64,000 nt of DNA from a virus, in the IMG/VR virus record IMGVR_UViG_3300021425_000008, positions 1 to 64,000 of that record. One strand, given 5' to 3'. Under the pieces are notes generated by a model. The model did not search any database and was not told the DNA's origin. It worked only from the letters and a program-made list of their open reading frames with translations. The first letter of the stretch is position 1. Each line of letters starts with the position of its first letter. Shown here in pieces: positions 29,457 through 41,293 of the stretch. The translations under genes and the position numbers were made by a program.

Positions 29457-31820
29457 ATGGCGATCGATAAGGATTTTGTCGTAAAGAATGGTTTAGAGGT
29501 AAACGAAAACCTTCTGTATGCGGACGATAGTACGGAAAAAGTTGGTATCGGTACAACACAGGCTGACAAGAAACTTGTCGTTATTGGTGATGCCGAAATA
29601 AGTTCAAACCTTTCTGTAGGTACAACAATCACTGCACAACGTGGTGTGTTTTCTGGTGTCGTGACTGTCACCGATGGTATTGACATTGGTATTGGTGGCA
29701 CTTTTGTATCTTTTGACAAGCACGATAAAAAGATTGGTGTCAATACAATCTCCCCACAATATACACTCGATGTTATTGGACCAGTATCGATTGGTTATAC
29801 TGCGGAGTATATTTACGGTGACCTCACAGTTACAGGTAATATCAAAGGTACAAATCTAGAGGGTCAGATTAGTGCTGGTGGTACTGTTACATATCAAGAT
29901 GTAAATGTAACCGAGACCCTTAATGCTAATGGTGCAGAAATATTCACAAAATTCAGGGTTGAAGAAGTAAATTCAGATACCTTTAGATATCTGGTAGCGG
30001 GTGATCCTGATCCAACTGGTATTGGTTTCACTCAAAATACTGACAATCCAACAATTTATCTTAACAGAGCTCAGAAATATGAGTTCCATGTAAGTTCTGC
30101 TGGTTTCCCTTTCTATATTAAATCCACACCTAACGCTGACCTGAACAACATCTACAACGATGGTGTTGAACAGAATGGTTCTGAAGTTGGTATTGTGACA
30201 TTCAAGGTGCCAATGAATGCACCTAACATTCTGTACTACCAGGCATCCAATACTGCTGGTATGGGTGGTACGATTTATATTGATAATGATTATCAGACAT
30301 ATCAAGTCGGTGTTTTGACAGTTACTGAATTACTTGACAGCAATAATCAGGCTGATTTTGAGAATATCTACGTCTCTGGTATCGGTACGATTAACAACCT
30401 GAAGGGTCCTCAGAACTTCAGTGTCAGTGCTGGTATTCTGACTGTCAGACAAGATCAGACTGCTCTGATTGGTGTATCCACTGGTTCAGAAAGATTAAGA
30501 TTTAACGAAAGATCTAATAATGAAAATTATAGCGTTACATTTACTACCTCCACAGGTGTTAATAGTAATTATCAGTTATCATTTGTTGATAGTGAGACAA
30601 GTCAGTTCACATATAATCCAGGTACAAACACTCTAGTACTTGACACTGTGGTTGCCAGCTTGACTGGTATTGCAACTGGCGCCCAACGTGTTAATATTGA
30701 TAGAAAGAGTGATAATACAGACTATCAGGTAGCATTCACCGAACCTGGTACTGATGAGTATCAAGCCCTTTATCTTGATACTGAATCTACACAGTTTACT
30801 TACAATCCAAGTACAAATACGTTAACCGCTGCAAATTTTGTTGGTGATCTGACTGGAGATGTAGCTGGTACTGCAACTAATGCAAACTTCATTAATGTAG
30901 ATGAGAAGAATGATGATGTAACATATCAGGTTCTCTTTAGTGATCAAAACAGTGCAGGATATCAAAGACCTTATATTGACAATAATAACGGACAATTTAC
31001 ATACAATCCCTCTACCAGTACTCTCTCTGTAGGAAATTTTATTGGTGATGGTTCTAATGTAACATCCATCCATGGTCCTAACATCACCACAGGTGTTATC
31101 GATGAAGCTAGACTTCCTAATGCATCAACCTCCGCTCAGGGTGTCGTTCAATTAAATAATACCTTCCCACCTACAAGTACATCAACCACTACAACTATAA
31201 CGACAAACGTTGCAAGACGACTTTATAATGCATCAGTTGGTGTCATACCATCTGGTACTGTTATGTTATTCTATCAGTCAAATGCACCGAGTGGATGGAC
31301 TCAGATTACCAGTAGCGTTAATGACCGTGCATTGAGAGTTGTAAGCAGTGAGGGTGCCAATAGTGGTGGTAATATGAACTTTTCTGGCGCATTTCGCAGT
31401 AGCAGACCTGTTCCACTTTTACAACATAATCATAATGCTAATGCTGGTAACCAGAGTGCTAATCACTCACATAATGTTTCTATTGGAGATGCTGGGGATC
31501 ACAAGCACTCAATCAGTGATCCAGAACATAACCATACCTATGAAGATAGTCAGGCACAATTAAGTGGTTCTAAATTTGGTGCAGAAGGCGAACAGTTGAT
31601 GGCCAGTAATGAGGACGAGAGCAGAACAACAGAATCCGCTAACACAGGTATCAACGAAACTGAAGAAGCTGGTGTACATAACCACAATGCCAACGCAAGC
31701 AACCAAACTGCCAACCACAATCACACAATCACCGTTACAAATGCGGGAACTTCTGGTGCATCAATGAACTTCGCAGTTAGATATCTTGATGTGATTATTT
31801 GCAGTAAGAACTCTTATTGA
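29457..31820 (+). CDS. tail fibre protein with collar-like domain and HxH needle
   Basis: Three QFTYNP..NTL repeats; IPSGTVMLF....APSGW collar; repeated H.H motifs. Confidence 0.8.
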   Translation: MAIDKDFVVKNGLEVNENLLYADDSTEKVGIGTTQADKKLVVIGDAEISSNLSVGTTITAQRGVFSGVVTVTDGIDIGIGGTFVSFDKHDKKIGVNTISPQYTLDVIGPVSIGYTAEYIYGDLTVTGNIKGTNLEGQISAGGTVTYQDVNVTETLNANGAEIFTKFRVEEVNSDTFRYLVAGDPDPTGIGFTQNTDNPTIYLNRAQKYEFHVSSAGFPFYIKSTPNADLNNIYNDGVEQNGSEVGIVTFKVPMNAPNILYYQASNTAGMGGTIYIDNDYQTYQVGVLTVTELLDSNNQADFENIYVSGIGTINNLKGPQNFSVSAGILTVRQDQTALIGVSTGSERLRFNERSNNENYSVTFTTSTGVNSNYQLSFVDSETSQFTYNPGTNTLVLDTVVASLTGIATGAQRVNIDRKSDNTDYQVAFTEPGTDEYQALYLDTESTQFTYNPSTNTLTAANFVGDLTGDVAGTATNANFINVDEKNDDVTYQVLFSDQNSAGYQRPYIDNNNGQFTYNPSTSTLSVGNFIGDGSNVTSIHGPNITTGVIDEARLPNASTSAQGVVQLNNTFPPTSTSTTTTITTNVARRLYNASVGVIPSGTVMLFYQSNAPSGWTQITSSVNDRALRVVSSEGANSGGNMNFSGAFRSSRPVPLLQHNHNANAGNQSANHSHNVSIGDAGDHKHSISDPEHNHTYEDSQAQLSGSKFGAEGEQLMASNEDESRTTESANTGINETEEAGVHNHNANASNQTANHNHTITVTNAGTSGASMNFAVRYLDVIICSKNSY

Positions 31821-32140
31821 TTAGGTGGCAATGTATTAATTGGGGGATGGGGTGTAATTTGAGCCTGGACAATCCCCTGATTTATTGCATGTGCATATAA
31901 TTGATTGTTTCTGTCATTCGCTGCTACCGTCTCATTTCTAAAATCTTCTACTGCAGCAGTTGTCTGTCTAGACATTTGAGAGTTTTCAACAGCCATCATT
32001 GGCATCCAAGCCACAGCACATTTATAATTGTTTATCTCTTGTCCAGTCTGAGGATTATACCCCTGCACTTGTGTATACCACGCACACTTATGTCCAACAC
32101 ACTTCTTCTTAATTAACGGACAAAATTCACCATCTTTCAT
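31814..32140 (-). CDS. Cys-rich hypothetical protein beside fibre gene
   Basis: CPLIKKKC..HKCAW...CA..W.P; own minus-strand ATAAATA at 32168-32174. Confidence 0.7.
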   Translation of the reverse strand: MKDGEFCPLIKKKCVGHKCAWYTQVQGYNPQTGQEINNYKCAVAWMPMMAVENSQMSRQTTAAVEDFRNETVAANDRNNQLYAHAINQGIVQAQITPHPPINTLPPNQ

Positions 32141-32167
32141 CGTGTTAAATACTGAATGATTTGAAAA

Positions 32168-32192
32168 TATTTATCTGGTTATATTATAAATA
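32168..32192. promoter_or_regulatory. divergent T4-type late promoters
   Basis: TATAAATA (+, 32185-32192) and ATAAATA (-, 32168-32174). Confidence 0.7.
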
Positions 32193-32219
32193 CAACTAAC
32201 GGAAGGAAAATCATAGGTA

Positions 32220-35200
32220 ATGTCATTACTTAGGGCCGACAAGATTGCCAATAGGTTTAATAATACGGGTCCTATTATTGTAGGTCCGTCTACTGTAAGT
32301 GGAAATTTCACAGTAACAGGGATCGCAACAGTTCTTGGTCTTGGTGTTACGCAGAGCATTTTAGTAGGTCAGGCAGTCACTACAAACTATCTGACCGTCA
32401 ATAATGGTGCAGATGTATTCAATGCAAACCTGACAGGTATTACCACTGCAGGTATTGTCACTGGTGCTACATATTACGGTAACGGTGTCAATCTGACTGG
32501 TGTTGTCACATCAGTCACCGCTGGTACAGGTATTCAAATCAGTCCTGTATCTGGTCAAGGTAGAGTTACAATTTCTGCGACTGGTGTTGCGGTTGCTGGA
32601 TATGCCACAAACGCTGGTCTTGCAACTGATGTAAAAGGTGGAGCAGCTGGTGCAGTTCTGTATCAGGCGGGTGCTAACGATACTGCATTCACTGCAGTAG
32701 GTTCTGGTGGAGAAATTCTTCAGTCAAACGGAACTGCGGCTCCCACCTGGGTCAGTCTTGCTGCAATTAATGTATCATATGCAGATAGTGCAGGTATTTC
32801 TACTAACCTAAAGGGTGGTTCTGCTGGAAGAATTCCTGTTCAAAGTGGTATTGATCAGACATCATTCATCCCTGTTGGTGTATCTGGTAACATTCTTCTT
32901 GCTCAGGGTTCATCTACCCCGATCTTTATTGATCCAAAGGCACAACTTGATGTAAGAAGAGCAAGATTTGCTGGTATTGCAACCAATTTACAGAGTGGTT
33001 ACATCTCATCCGCAACTTCATTGGAAGTTATTGGTGTCACCACACTGGGTGTTGCTACTGCAAAAACATTAGATGTCACTGGTATCACAACTACCGATCT
33101 TCTAAATGTTGGTACTGCAGGAACTATTCCTAACCTTACATTATCTAATTCAGGTATTGCAGTCACAGCGATTCTTGACGAAGATGATATGGTGTCAAAC
33201 AGAGCTGATGCTCTGGCAACACAACAATCTATTCGTGCATATGTAGATGCAACCAGAACTGGTATCGGACTGACATTCGATGCGGATACTGGTACAGGAA
33301 CAATTGACCTTGAAGAAGAGACCTTCACCATCGAAGGTACAGCGAATGAGATCTATACCATTGGTCTTGGTAATACAGTCACAGTTGGTCTGGATACTAA
33401 CGTCACTGTTCCAAACAACTTAGTTGTTTCTGGTGTCTCAACACTCTCTGGTTATGTAACTGCTGGAACTGGACTGACGGTTGCTGGTACTGGCATTACT
33501 GCAACCACACTGAATGTCACTGGATTCTCTACACAGACAGGATTTGCAACATTCGGAAGTTCGGTTAATGTTGCTAATGAATTCTATGCAGGTGGTATTT
33601 CATCTGTCGGTGCAGCAATCACGATGTTCCCTTCTTCGGGTATCGTCAGTGCTACAGCATTCTATGGTGATGGTTCAAACCTGACTGGTGTTGTTGGTCT
33701 GGTATCTGTCACCAACATCCTGTTCGTCACACCTGATGGAAACGATGATAACGATGGTTATCTTTTATCAACCGCAAAGAGAACTGTTGGTTCTGCTCTG
33801 ACAGTTGCAGAAGCATCCACAGTTATCAAGATTTCTGCTGGTAATTATACAGAAAATAACCCAATTGTTCTTCCAGAACAGGTCACACTCCTCGGTGACA
33901 GTTTGAGAGAGGTATCTCTCATCCCACAAAACGCAGATCAGGATATGATCTACGTTGCAAATGGTAGTTATGTAGAAAATATATCCTTCACAGGATCACT
34001 GGATGCGGGTAAAGCAATTATTGCGTTTAATCCTGATAAACCATCTTACGTTACTCAGGGTCCTTACATCCGTAACTGTACTAACTTCATCTCCAATAGT
34101 ATTGGTATGAAGATTGATGGCAAACATGTCATCGGTGCAACCAAGGCGATGAACGTTGATAGCTACACCCAACTCAATCAAGGTGGAATTGGTGTTTCAA
34201 TCTCCAATGATGGTTATGCTCAGTTAGTTTCTATCTTCACGATCTATAACGATCAAAGTATTGTTTGTATCAATGGTGGTCAGTGTGACCTCACAAACTC
34301 CAACTCTTCCTTCGGTAGATTAGGTTTAGTTGCTGACGGTATTGGTTCAAGACAATTCTTAGGCACTGTCACTACTGCAACTGCTGCTAACACCCAAACA
34401 TTTACACTGAATGTAGGTGTTGGAACTCTGGGTATCACCACCGCTGACTATACGGCAAGCACAGGTATTATCACGATTACAACTGATGCTAACCACGGTT
34501 TCAATGAAGGTCAATCTGTAGAGATCAGAGATCTCGAATTCCAGTGTTCAAGTGGTCCTGGTATTGTCACATTCCCGTCTGGAAACTACGGATATATCTT
34601 TACCGTAGATGCAGTCGGTGCAGCCAATAGTTTCTCAGCTTATGTTGGTGTCTCAACTCTTACACACGATTATGTAAGAGCAGGTGTCACCTCAACATTT
34701 GTCACAAGACCTTATGATGGACAAGTGGTATATATAGATGAATTATATAATTCTATTGAAGGTGTCACCATCACTAATGGTGGTTCAGGTTATACTACAC
34801 CACCAGTAGTTACGTTCTCCTCACCTTCTGAGACCTGGGGTATTACAGCAACAGGTACAGCTGTCCTTACAAATGGTGCTGTATCTTCTATTCAAATGAT
34901 TTCAAATGGTAGAGGTTACACAGGAACTCCTACAGTCACCATAGATGGTGCTGCTACTGGCACCTGTAATATCTTACCTACATACTATGTGGTTAGTAGT
35001 AGTACCCCTATTGTCGGGGGTATATCTACAGTCACGTTTACTGAAAGAGTACCTTACGCGGTTGGTGTAGGATCGACAGTTCCATTCTTCAAACAGAGTA
35101 GAGTACTTGCTTCAAGCCACGCTTTTGAATATATTGGTTCTGGAAACACTGCACTTTCTGCACTCCCACAAAGAGGTGGTGTAGTAATCCCAGAAAACGA

Positions 35201-35381
35201 AGTTACGAGTAAGAATAGTGGTCTGGTCATTTACACATCAACTGACCAAGCAGGAAACTTTAAGATTGGTGATGGTGTTATTATTAATCAATTGGAAGGT
35301 TCTATCTCAGGTGACGCATATCAAAGATCTCTGTTTGCAAACATTACACCTTATATTCTCGCATTAGGAGGAGGAGACTAA
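32220..35381 (+). CDS. virion structural/fibre protein (1053 aa)
   Basis: G/T/V-rich shaft; G.D.NDG, GDSLRE, QLVSIF, TNSNSSFG domain paralogous to 22715. Confidence 0.8.
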   Translation: MSLLRADKIANRFNNTGPIIVGPSTVSGNFTVTGIATVLGLGVTQSILVGQAVTTNYLTVNNGADVFNANLTGITTAGIVTGATYYGNGVNLTGVVTSVTAGTGIQISPVSGQGRVTISATGVAVAGYATNAGLATDVKGGAAGAVLYQAGANDTAFTAVGSGGEILQSNGTAAPTWVSLAAINVSYADSAGISTNLKGGSAGRIPVQSGIDQTSFIPVGVSGNILLAQGSSTPIFIDPKAQLDVRRARFAGIATNLQSGYISSATSLEVIGVTTLGVATAKTLDVTGITTTDLLNVGTAGTIPNLTLSNSGIAVTAILDEDDMVSNRADALATQQSIRAYVDATRTGIGLTFDADTGTGTIDLEEETFTIEGTANEIYTIGLGNTVTVGLDTNVTVPNNLVVSGVSTLSGYVTAGTGLTVAGTGITATTLNVTGFSTQTGFATFGSSVNVANEFYAGGISSVGAAITMFPSSGIVSATAFYGDGSNLTGVVGLVSVTNILFVTPDGNDDNDGYLLSTAKRTVGSALTVAEASTVIKISAGNYTENNPIVLPEQVTLLGDSLREVSLIPQNADQDMIYVANGSYVENISFTGSLDAGKAIIAFNPDKPSYVTQGPYIRNCTNFISNSIGMKIDGKHVIGATKAMNVDSYTQLNQGGIGVSISNDGYAQLVSIFTIYNDQSIVCINGGQCDLTNSNSSFGRLGLVADGIGSRQFLGTVTTATAANTQTFTLNVGVGTLGITTADYTASTGIITITTDANHGFNEGQSVEIRDLEFQCSSGPGIVTFPSGNYGYIFTVDAVGAANSFSAYVGVSTLTHDYVRAGVTSTFVTRPYDGQVVYIDELYNSIEGVTITNGGSGYTTPPVVTFSSPSETWGITATGTAVLTNGAVSSIQMISNGRGYTGTPTVTIDGAATGTCNILPTYYVVSSSTPIVGGISTVTFTERVPYAVGVGSTVPFFKQSRVLASSHAFEYIGSGNTALSALPQRGGVVIPENEVTSKNSGLVIYTSTDQAGNFKIGDGVIINQLEGSISGDAYQRSLFANITPYILALGGGD

Positions 35382-35384
35382 AAG

Positions 35385-35729
35385 ATGGCATTAGCCCTTA
35401 ACAATTATCAGACAATCACAGGTATTGTCACAACAGGTTCAGTTGGTATCTATACTGCACCAACTGGTTATAGTGCTATTGTCCTTTTAGCACAAACTAC
35501 TAATGTTGGTAGTAATACACAGACTATTAATTTTTCTCATGAGAGGACAACTGCAGGTATTGCTGTGACAACTGAAATCCTTCAGGGATTTCCAGTTCCA
35601 GCAAATGATGCTGCAAATCTTTTGGCTGGTAAACTCGTTTTGGAAACTGGTGACTCTCTTGTTATTTCATCAAGTAGCGATACTGATGTAAAATTCATCT
35701 CATCAATCCTAGAGACACTTAATCAGTAA
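35385..35729 (+). CDS. small virion structural protein
   Basis: GGAGGAG SD; IYTAP.G...KLVLETGD.L pattern. Confidence 0.7.
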   Translation: MALALNNYQTITGIVTTGSVGIYTAPTGYSAIVLLAQTTNVGSNTQTINFSHERTTAGIAVTTEILQGFPVPANDAANLLAGKLVLETGDSLVISSSSDTDVKFISSILETLNQ

Positions 35730-35734
35730 AAACA

Positions 35735-37501
35735 ATGGCAAGATACGGAAGTAACGACCGTCTTAATTTAAAAGTTGGTGTAAGTTCGTTTAGTGAAAAC
35801 CTCACTTCACTTGCGGTTGTTGGTCGTACTGGAATTGGTTCCACAAGTTTTGATGCGGATTATGATTTAGATGTTAGAGGAAATGCTAATTTCACTGGTA
35901 TTGTAAGTGCAGTTTCCTTTTATGGAAGTGGACAAAATTTAACAGATCTGATTGAAGGAAAAATAGCTGGATTAACAGTTCAAGAAGAGGGTGGGACTGT
36001 AGGAACTGCTGGAAGTGTCGGATTAATAAATTTTGTAGGACCAAATGTTACTGCAACTGCATCTGGAATAGCAGCAACAATCACTATATCAAGTGCTGTA
36101 TCTTATGTTGATAACGCTGGTATAGCAACAAATGTTATAGGTGGTATTGCTTCAGTTACACAACTTTCAGTTTCTGGTGTTTCGACTTTAGGTATTGTAA
36201 CATCAGGAAACATTTATTCGACAGGAATTATCACTGCTATAAACTTCGTAGGTGATCTTACTGGTAATGCCACAAGTGCAACTTATTCTACTAGTGCTGG
36301 TATTGCATCTTATTCAACTTTAAGTGGTTTAGCAACTTATGCTGATAATGCTGGTATAGCAACAAATATAAAAGGTGGTGATACAGGAGATATTCCATAT
36401 CAGTCATCAACAAATACAACTACATTTGTAGACGGATCATTAGCATCAACTGGTCAAGTTCTTATTTGGAATGGTTCCATTCCTTCTTGGGGTAATGTAA
36501 GTGCTGCTTCTGGTGCCTTTGGTGGTATTAGTGTTCAAGATGAAGGAACTCCAGTTGGAACTGCTGGAAGTATTGTAACTGTTAATTTTGTTGGTGATAA
36601 TGTAAATGTAACTGCAACATCTGGAGCAAATGGAATTGCAACAATCACTGTTTCCAATTCATTTACACAATTATCAGTCTCTGGTATCAGTACTCTTGGA
36701 TCGGTCCAAATCTCATCAGGTATTGTAACTGCAACTTCTGGTGTAGTCACTTATTATGGTGATGGTTCTAATCTATCAGGAATTGTATCACCCGCAAGTA
36801 ATGGTGAGTTTTACACTGGAGTATCAAGTTCTCTACAACTTACTCCATTATCTTATGAGACCTCAATCTATACTTTCCCATCCACAGCAGGAAAGCAATA
36901 TGTGATTGAGTCTATTAATGTTGCGAATGTTGATACTTCTGTTGGTGTCGGCACCACTGTTAATATCATTGCATCAATTCAAGATGCTACTGCTGGAGAA
37001 CAAACTTACATTGCATATAATGTCCCAATCGTCAATGGTGGTTTGATTGAGTTACTGAAGAATCCAATCGTAGCAGGACCAAGTGATGTCATTAAGATGT
37101 GGGTCACGAATGATGCTTATACTGGTGTGAATAATGCTGCAGAAGTTTATATGAATTATAGTGAATATACAAGCACAGAATACACCAGTGAGTATGCATC
37201 TACAGTATCCATTGCGACTACTGATGTAACGACTGTTTATACCTCAAGCACTTATCCATCAACGATTGAAGCAATTCACCTTGCAAATCGCACTGATACT
37301 GGTGATTATCCAGTTTCTGTGAGTATCACAAATGGAGTGACGACTACATATCTTGCAAAGAATCTAATTATACCAAGATATGCAACGGTCGATATATTAG
37401 ATAGACCAAAGAGAATTGAAACAAATGGAGTAATTAAGGTAGAAGTCGGTCAAACATCAACGATTGATGTCATTATTGCTGGTAAACAAATCACTTCGTA
37501 G
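35735..37501 (+). CDS. fibre-like virion protein with duplicated modules
   Basis: Two VQ.EG..VGTAGS...NFVG repeats, YADNAGIATN repeats, two C-terminal beta-sandwich-like units. Confidence 0.75.
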   Translation: MARYGSNDRLNLKVGVSSFSENLTSLAVVGRTGIGSTSFDADYDLDVRGNANFTGIVSAVSFYGSGQNLTDLIEGKIAGLTVQEEGGTVGTAGSVGLINFVGPNVTATASGIAATITISSAVSYVDNAGIATNVIGGIASVTQLSVSGVSTLGIVTSGNIYSTGIITAINFVGDLTGNATSATYSTSAGIASYSTLSGLATYADNAGIATNIKGGDTGDIPYQSSTNTTTFVDGSLASTGQVLIWNGSIPSWGNVSAASGAFGGISVQDEGTPVGTAGSIVTVNFVGDNVNVTATSGANGIATITVSNSFTQLSVSGISTLGSVQISSGIVTATSGVVTYYGDGSNLSGIVSPASNGEFYTGVSSSLQLTPLSYETSIYTFPSTAGKQYVIESINVANVDTSVGVGTTVNIIASIQDATAGEQTYIAYNVPIVNGGLIELLKNPIVAGPSDVIKMWVTNDAYTGVNNAAEVYMNYSEYTSTEYTSEYASTVSIATTDVTTVYTSSTYPSTIEAIHLANRTDTGDYPVSVSITNGVTTTYLAKNLIIPRYATVDILDRPKRIETNGVIKVEVGQTSTIDVIIAGKQITS

Positions 37502-37513
37502 GGGTAATATAAA

Positions 37514-40500
37514 ATGAGTATTCGTCAGGATGTCTTTGGATTAGAGACAGTTTATAGTCTTCAGATAGAAGGATTATGGAGTGTTAAACCTGATGTGTGG
37601 TTAAGTCCAAGTCCATTTTTTGGATCTTGGGAGTATGGTTACTTTGGTGGTTCTCCTTCATCATCAACAATAGACCGCATAGATTACTCTAACGATACAG
37701 CAACAGCATCAGTAAGAGGACCATTAAGTATTGATAGATATCAATTATCGGCAACAGGCAATGCTTCTTATGGTTATTTTGGTGGTGGTGGTAGTCCTGG
37801 ATTATCAATAGTAGACCGTATAGATTACTCCAATGACACTGCAACAGCATCAGTAAGAGGTTCATTAAGTATTGGTAGAAGACTTTCATCTGCAACAGGT
37901 AATGCTTCTTTTGGTTACTTTTCAGGTGCTATTCCTGCAAAATCAACAGTAGACCGTATAGATTACTCTAATGATACCGCAACAGCATCAGTAAGAGGAC
38001 CATTAAGTTCTACTAGATATGGTGCAGCAGGAACAGGAAATCAATCATTTGGTTACTTTGGTGGTGGTGGTCCTGGTCCAAAGTCAACAGTAGACCGTAT
38101 AGATTACTCTAATGATACAGCAACAGCATCACCAAAAGGACCACTAAGTCTTGCTAGAATTGGTTTAGCAGCAACAGGTAATAGTTCCTTTGGTTACTTT
38201 GGTGGTGGTGGTCCTAGTCCAGAATACTCAACAGTAGACCGTATTGATTACTCTAATGATACGGCAACAGCATCACCAAAAGGACCATTAAGTATTATTA
38301 GAGATTTATTAGCAGCAACAGGTAATGCTTCTTATGGTTATTTTGGTGGAGGAAGTTTTCCCCCATTAACAACAGTAGACCGTATAGATTACTCTAATGA
38401 TACTGCAACAGCATCACCAAAAGGTCCATTGAGTCTTGGTAGAGAGGGTCCAGCAGCATCAAGTGCCAAAGCAAACGCAATTACTGATTTAACAGTAATT
38501 CCAGCATCAACACCAAGACCAACAGAAAGTCCCATTGGTTATGATACTGGGTATTTTGGTGCTGGTCGTCCAGCAGGACCTGGAACATCAACAGTAGATC
38601 GTATTGATTACTCTAACGATACAGCAACAGCATCACCTAAAGGACCATTAAGTGTTGCCAGGGCAATGTTAGCAGCAACAGGTAATAGTTCTTTTGGTTA
38701 TTTTGGTGGTGGTTTTCCTGCTACATCATCAATAGTAGATCGGATTGATTATTCTAATGATACTGCCACTGCAGCACCAAAAGGACCATTAAGTGTGACT
38801 AGACATAATTTAGCAGCAACAGGTAATCAATCATTCGGTTACTTTGGTGGTGGTCGTGCTCCATCAGCATCATCATCAATAGACCGTGTTGATTATTCTA
38901 ATGATACTGCCACTGCAGCATCAAAAGGACCATTAACTTCTGTTAGATATTCTTTCGCAGCAACAGGTAATCAATCATTCGGTTACTTTGTTGGTGGTCG
39001 TCCTTCTCCCAATAAATCATCAGTAGACCGTGTTGATTATTCTAATGACACAGCAACAGCATCACCTAAGGGTCCATTGAGTGATGTTAGGTATGATATG
39101 GCAGCAACGGGTAATGCTGACTTTGGTTACTTTGGTGGTGGTGAAGTCGTAAACACAACTTCAACAGTAGATCGAGTTGATTATTCTAATGATACTGCAA
39201 CGGCAGTAGCAAAAGGTCCATTATCTGATGGTAGATATTCTTTAACAGCAACAGGTAATCAATCATTCGGTTACTTTGGTGGTGGTGTTGCTGCTCCAGG
39301 TCATAGATCAAATATAGACCGTATTGATTACTCTAATGATACTGTTACTGCATCACCTAAGGGTCCATTAACTGCTACAAAATATAAGTTTGCAGCATCA
39401 AGTTCAAGAGCAAATGCACTTCCAACAACAGAAACTGTATTAGTAGCACCTCCAGGACCCACAAACTTTGCAACTGGTGCAGTAGAAACCTTCCAAACTG
39501 GATACTTTGGTGGAGGTCAAGGTCCATACACATCAACAGTAGACCGTGTTGATTACTCTAATGACACGGCAACAGCATCAGTAAAAGGTCCATTGAGTCT
39601 TGCTAGAGCAGCACTAGCAGCAACAGGTAATGCTTCTTATGGTTACTTTGGTGGTGGTCAACCTGGTACAGTATCAACAGTAGACCGTATTGATTACTCT
39701 AATGATACAGCAACAGCATCACCTAAAGGACCATTAAGTTCTAACAGACAATATATGGGAGCAACAGGTAATGCTTCTTATGGTTACTTTGGTGGTGGTC
39801 TTGTAACATCAGTAGTAGACCGTATAGATTACTCTAATGACACTGCAACAGCATCACCAAAAGGTCCATTGAGTGTTGCTAGACAACAATTAGCAGCAAC
39901 AGGTAACCAAAACTTTGGTTACTTTGGTGGTGGTCAAAATCCTGGTGGTAATCTATCAACTGTAGACCGTATTGATTATAGTAATGACACTGCAACAGCA
40001 TCACCTAAAGGACCATTAAGTCTTGCTAGAAGATATCTAGCAGCAACAGGTAGCAGTTCATTTGGTTACTTTGGTGGTGGTTTTCCTGGTCCCATATCAA
40101 CAATAGACCGTATTGATTACTCTAATGACACTGCAACAGCATCACCTAAGGGTCCATTAAGTCTTGCTAGATATGGTTTAGGAGCAACTGGTAGTGCTTC
40201 TTTCGGTTATTTTGGTGGTAGTGCTCCATCAGCATCATCAACAGTAGACCGTATAGACTACTCTAATGATACCGCAACAGCAGCACCAAAAGGACCATTG
40301 AGTTCTGTTAGACAAGATATGGGAGCATCAAGCGCAAGAGCCAACGGATTTGCCGCAATTGATACTACATTACCACCAGCAAACTCACCAGTCCAAAACT
40401 TCCCAGTAACACTCTTTGGTTACTTTGGTGGTGGTGCTCCAGGTCCAGTATCAACAGTAGACCGTATCAATTATGCAAATGACACAGCAACAGCATCACC

Positions 40501-41293
40501 TAAAGGTCCATTAAGTGGTACTAAACAGGGTACAATGGCAACAGGTAATAGTTCTTATGGTTACTTTGGTGGCGGTAATCCATATGTATCAACAGTAGAC
40601 CGAATAGATTACTCTAATGATACGGCAACAGCATCTCCTAAAGGTCCATTGACTGCTGTTAAGGGATTTGGATCTGCAACAGGTAATAGTTCCTTTGGTT
40701 ACTTTGGTGGTGGAGTTAGTCCTGCTTTTAGTCCATCTACCATATCTTCAGTAGACCGCATAGATTATTCTAATGATACAGCAACAGCATCACCTAAGGG
40801 ACCATTAAGTCTTGCCAGACATTACTTAGCAGCAACAGGAAATCAATCTTATGGTTACTTTGGTGGTGGTAATGGTCCATTCTCAACAGTAGACCGTATT
40901 GATTACTCTAATGACACCGCAACAGCATCACCTAAAGGACCATTAAGTGTGGCTAGATATAATGTAGCAGCAACAGGTAATGCTTCTTATGGGTGGTTTG
41001 GTGGTGGTTTTACTCCCAGCCATAGATCAATAGTAGACCGTATTGATTACTCTAACGACACTGCTACAGCATCACCAAGAGGTCCATTAAGTTTTGATAA
41101 AAGTGCTTCAGGAGCAACAGGAAATTCTTTCTTTGGTTACTGGGGTGGTGGAGGTCAAGGAATTCCTCTATCATTAGTAGACCGTATTGATTATTCTAAC
41201 GATACAGCAACAGCATCACCTAAAGGAGCATTGAGTCTTGCTAGAGTATACTTAGCAGCAACCTCAGCAGCAGCAAACGGATTGCCACAATAA
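37514..41293 (+). CDS. Kelch-like tandem beta-propeller protein A (4 x 6 blades)
   Basis: 24 repeats GYFGGG-var-STVDRIDYSNDTATASPKGPLS-var-R-var-AATGN in four groups of six with linkers. Confidence 0.8.
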   Translation: MSIRQDVFGLETVYSLQIEGLWSVKPDVWLSPSPFFGSWEYGYFGGSPSSSTIDRIDYSNDTATASVRGPLSIDRYQLSATGNASYGYFGGGGSPGLSIVDRIDYSNDTATASVRGSLSIGRRLSSATGNASFGYFSGAIPAKSTVDRIDYSNDTATASVRGPLSSTRYGAAGTGNQSFGYFGGGGPGPKSTVDRIDYSNDTATASPKGPLSLARIGLAATGNSSFGYFGGGGPSPEYSTVDRIDYSNDTATASPKGPLSIIRDLLAATGNASYGYFGGGSFPPLTTVDRIDYSNDTATASPKGPLSLGREGPAASSAKANAITDLTVIPASTPRPTESPIGYDTGYFGAGRPAGPGTSTVDRIDYSNDTATASPKGPLSVARAMLAATGNSSFGYFGGGFPATSSIVDRIDYSNDTATAAPKGPLSVTRHNLAATGNQSFGYFGGGRAPSASSSIDRVDYSNDTATAASKGPLTSVRYSFAATGNQSFGYFVGGRPSPNKSSVDRVDYSNDTATASPKGPLSDVRYDMAATGNADFGYFGGGEVVNTTSTVDRVDYSNDTATAVAKGPLSDGRYSLTATGNQSFGYFGGGVAAPGHRSNIDRIDYSNDTVTASPKGPLTATKYKFAASSSRANALPTTETVLVAPPGPTNFATGAVETFQTGYFGGGQGPYTSTVDRVDYSNDTATASVKGPLSLARAALAATGNASYGYFGGGQPGTVSTVDRIDYSNDTATASPKGPLSSNRQYMGATGNASYGYFGGGLVTSVVDRIDYSNDTATASPKGPLSVARQQLAATGNQNFGYFGGGQNPGGNLSTVDRIDYSNDTATASPKGPLSLARRYLAATGSSSFGYFGGGFPGPISTIDRIDYSNDTATASPKGPLSLARYGLGATGSASFGYFGGSAPSASSTVDRIDYSNDTATAAPKGPLSSVRQDMGASSARANGFAAIDTTLPPANSPVQNFPVTLFGYFGGGAPGPVSTVDRINYANDTATASPKGPLSGTKQGTMATGNSSYGYFGGGNPYVSTVDRIDYSNDTATASPKGPLTAVKGFGSATGNSSFGYFGGGVSPAFSPSTISSVDRIDYSNDTATASPKGPLSLARHYLAATGNQSYGYFGGGNGPFSTVDRIDYSNDTATASPKGPLSVARYNVAATGNASYGWFGGGFTPSHRSIVDRIDYSNDTATASPRGPLSFDKSASGATGNSFFGYWGGGGQGIPLSLVDRIDYSNDTATASPKGALSLARVYLAATSAAANGLPQ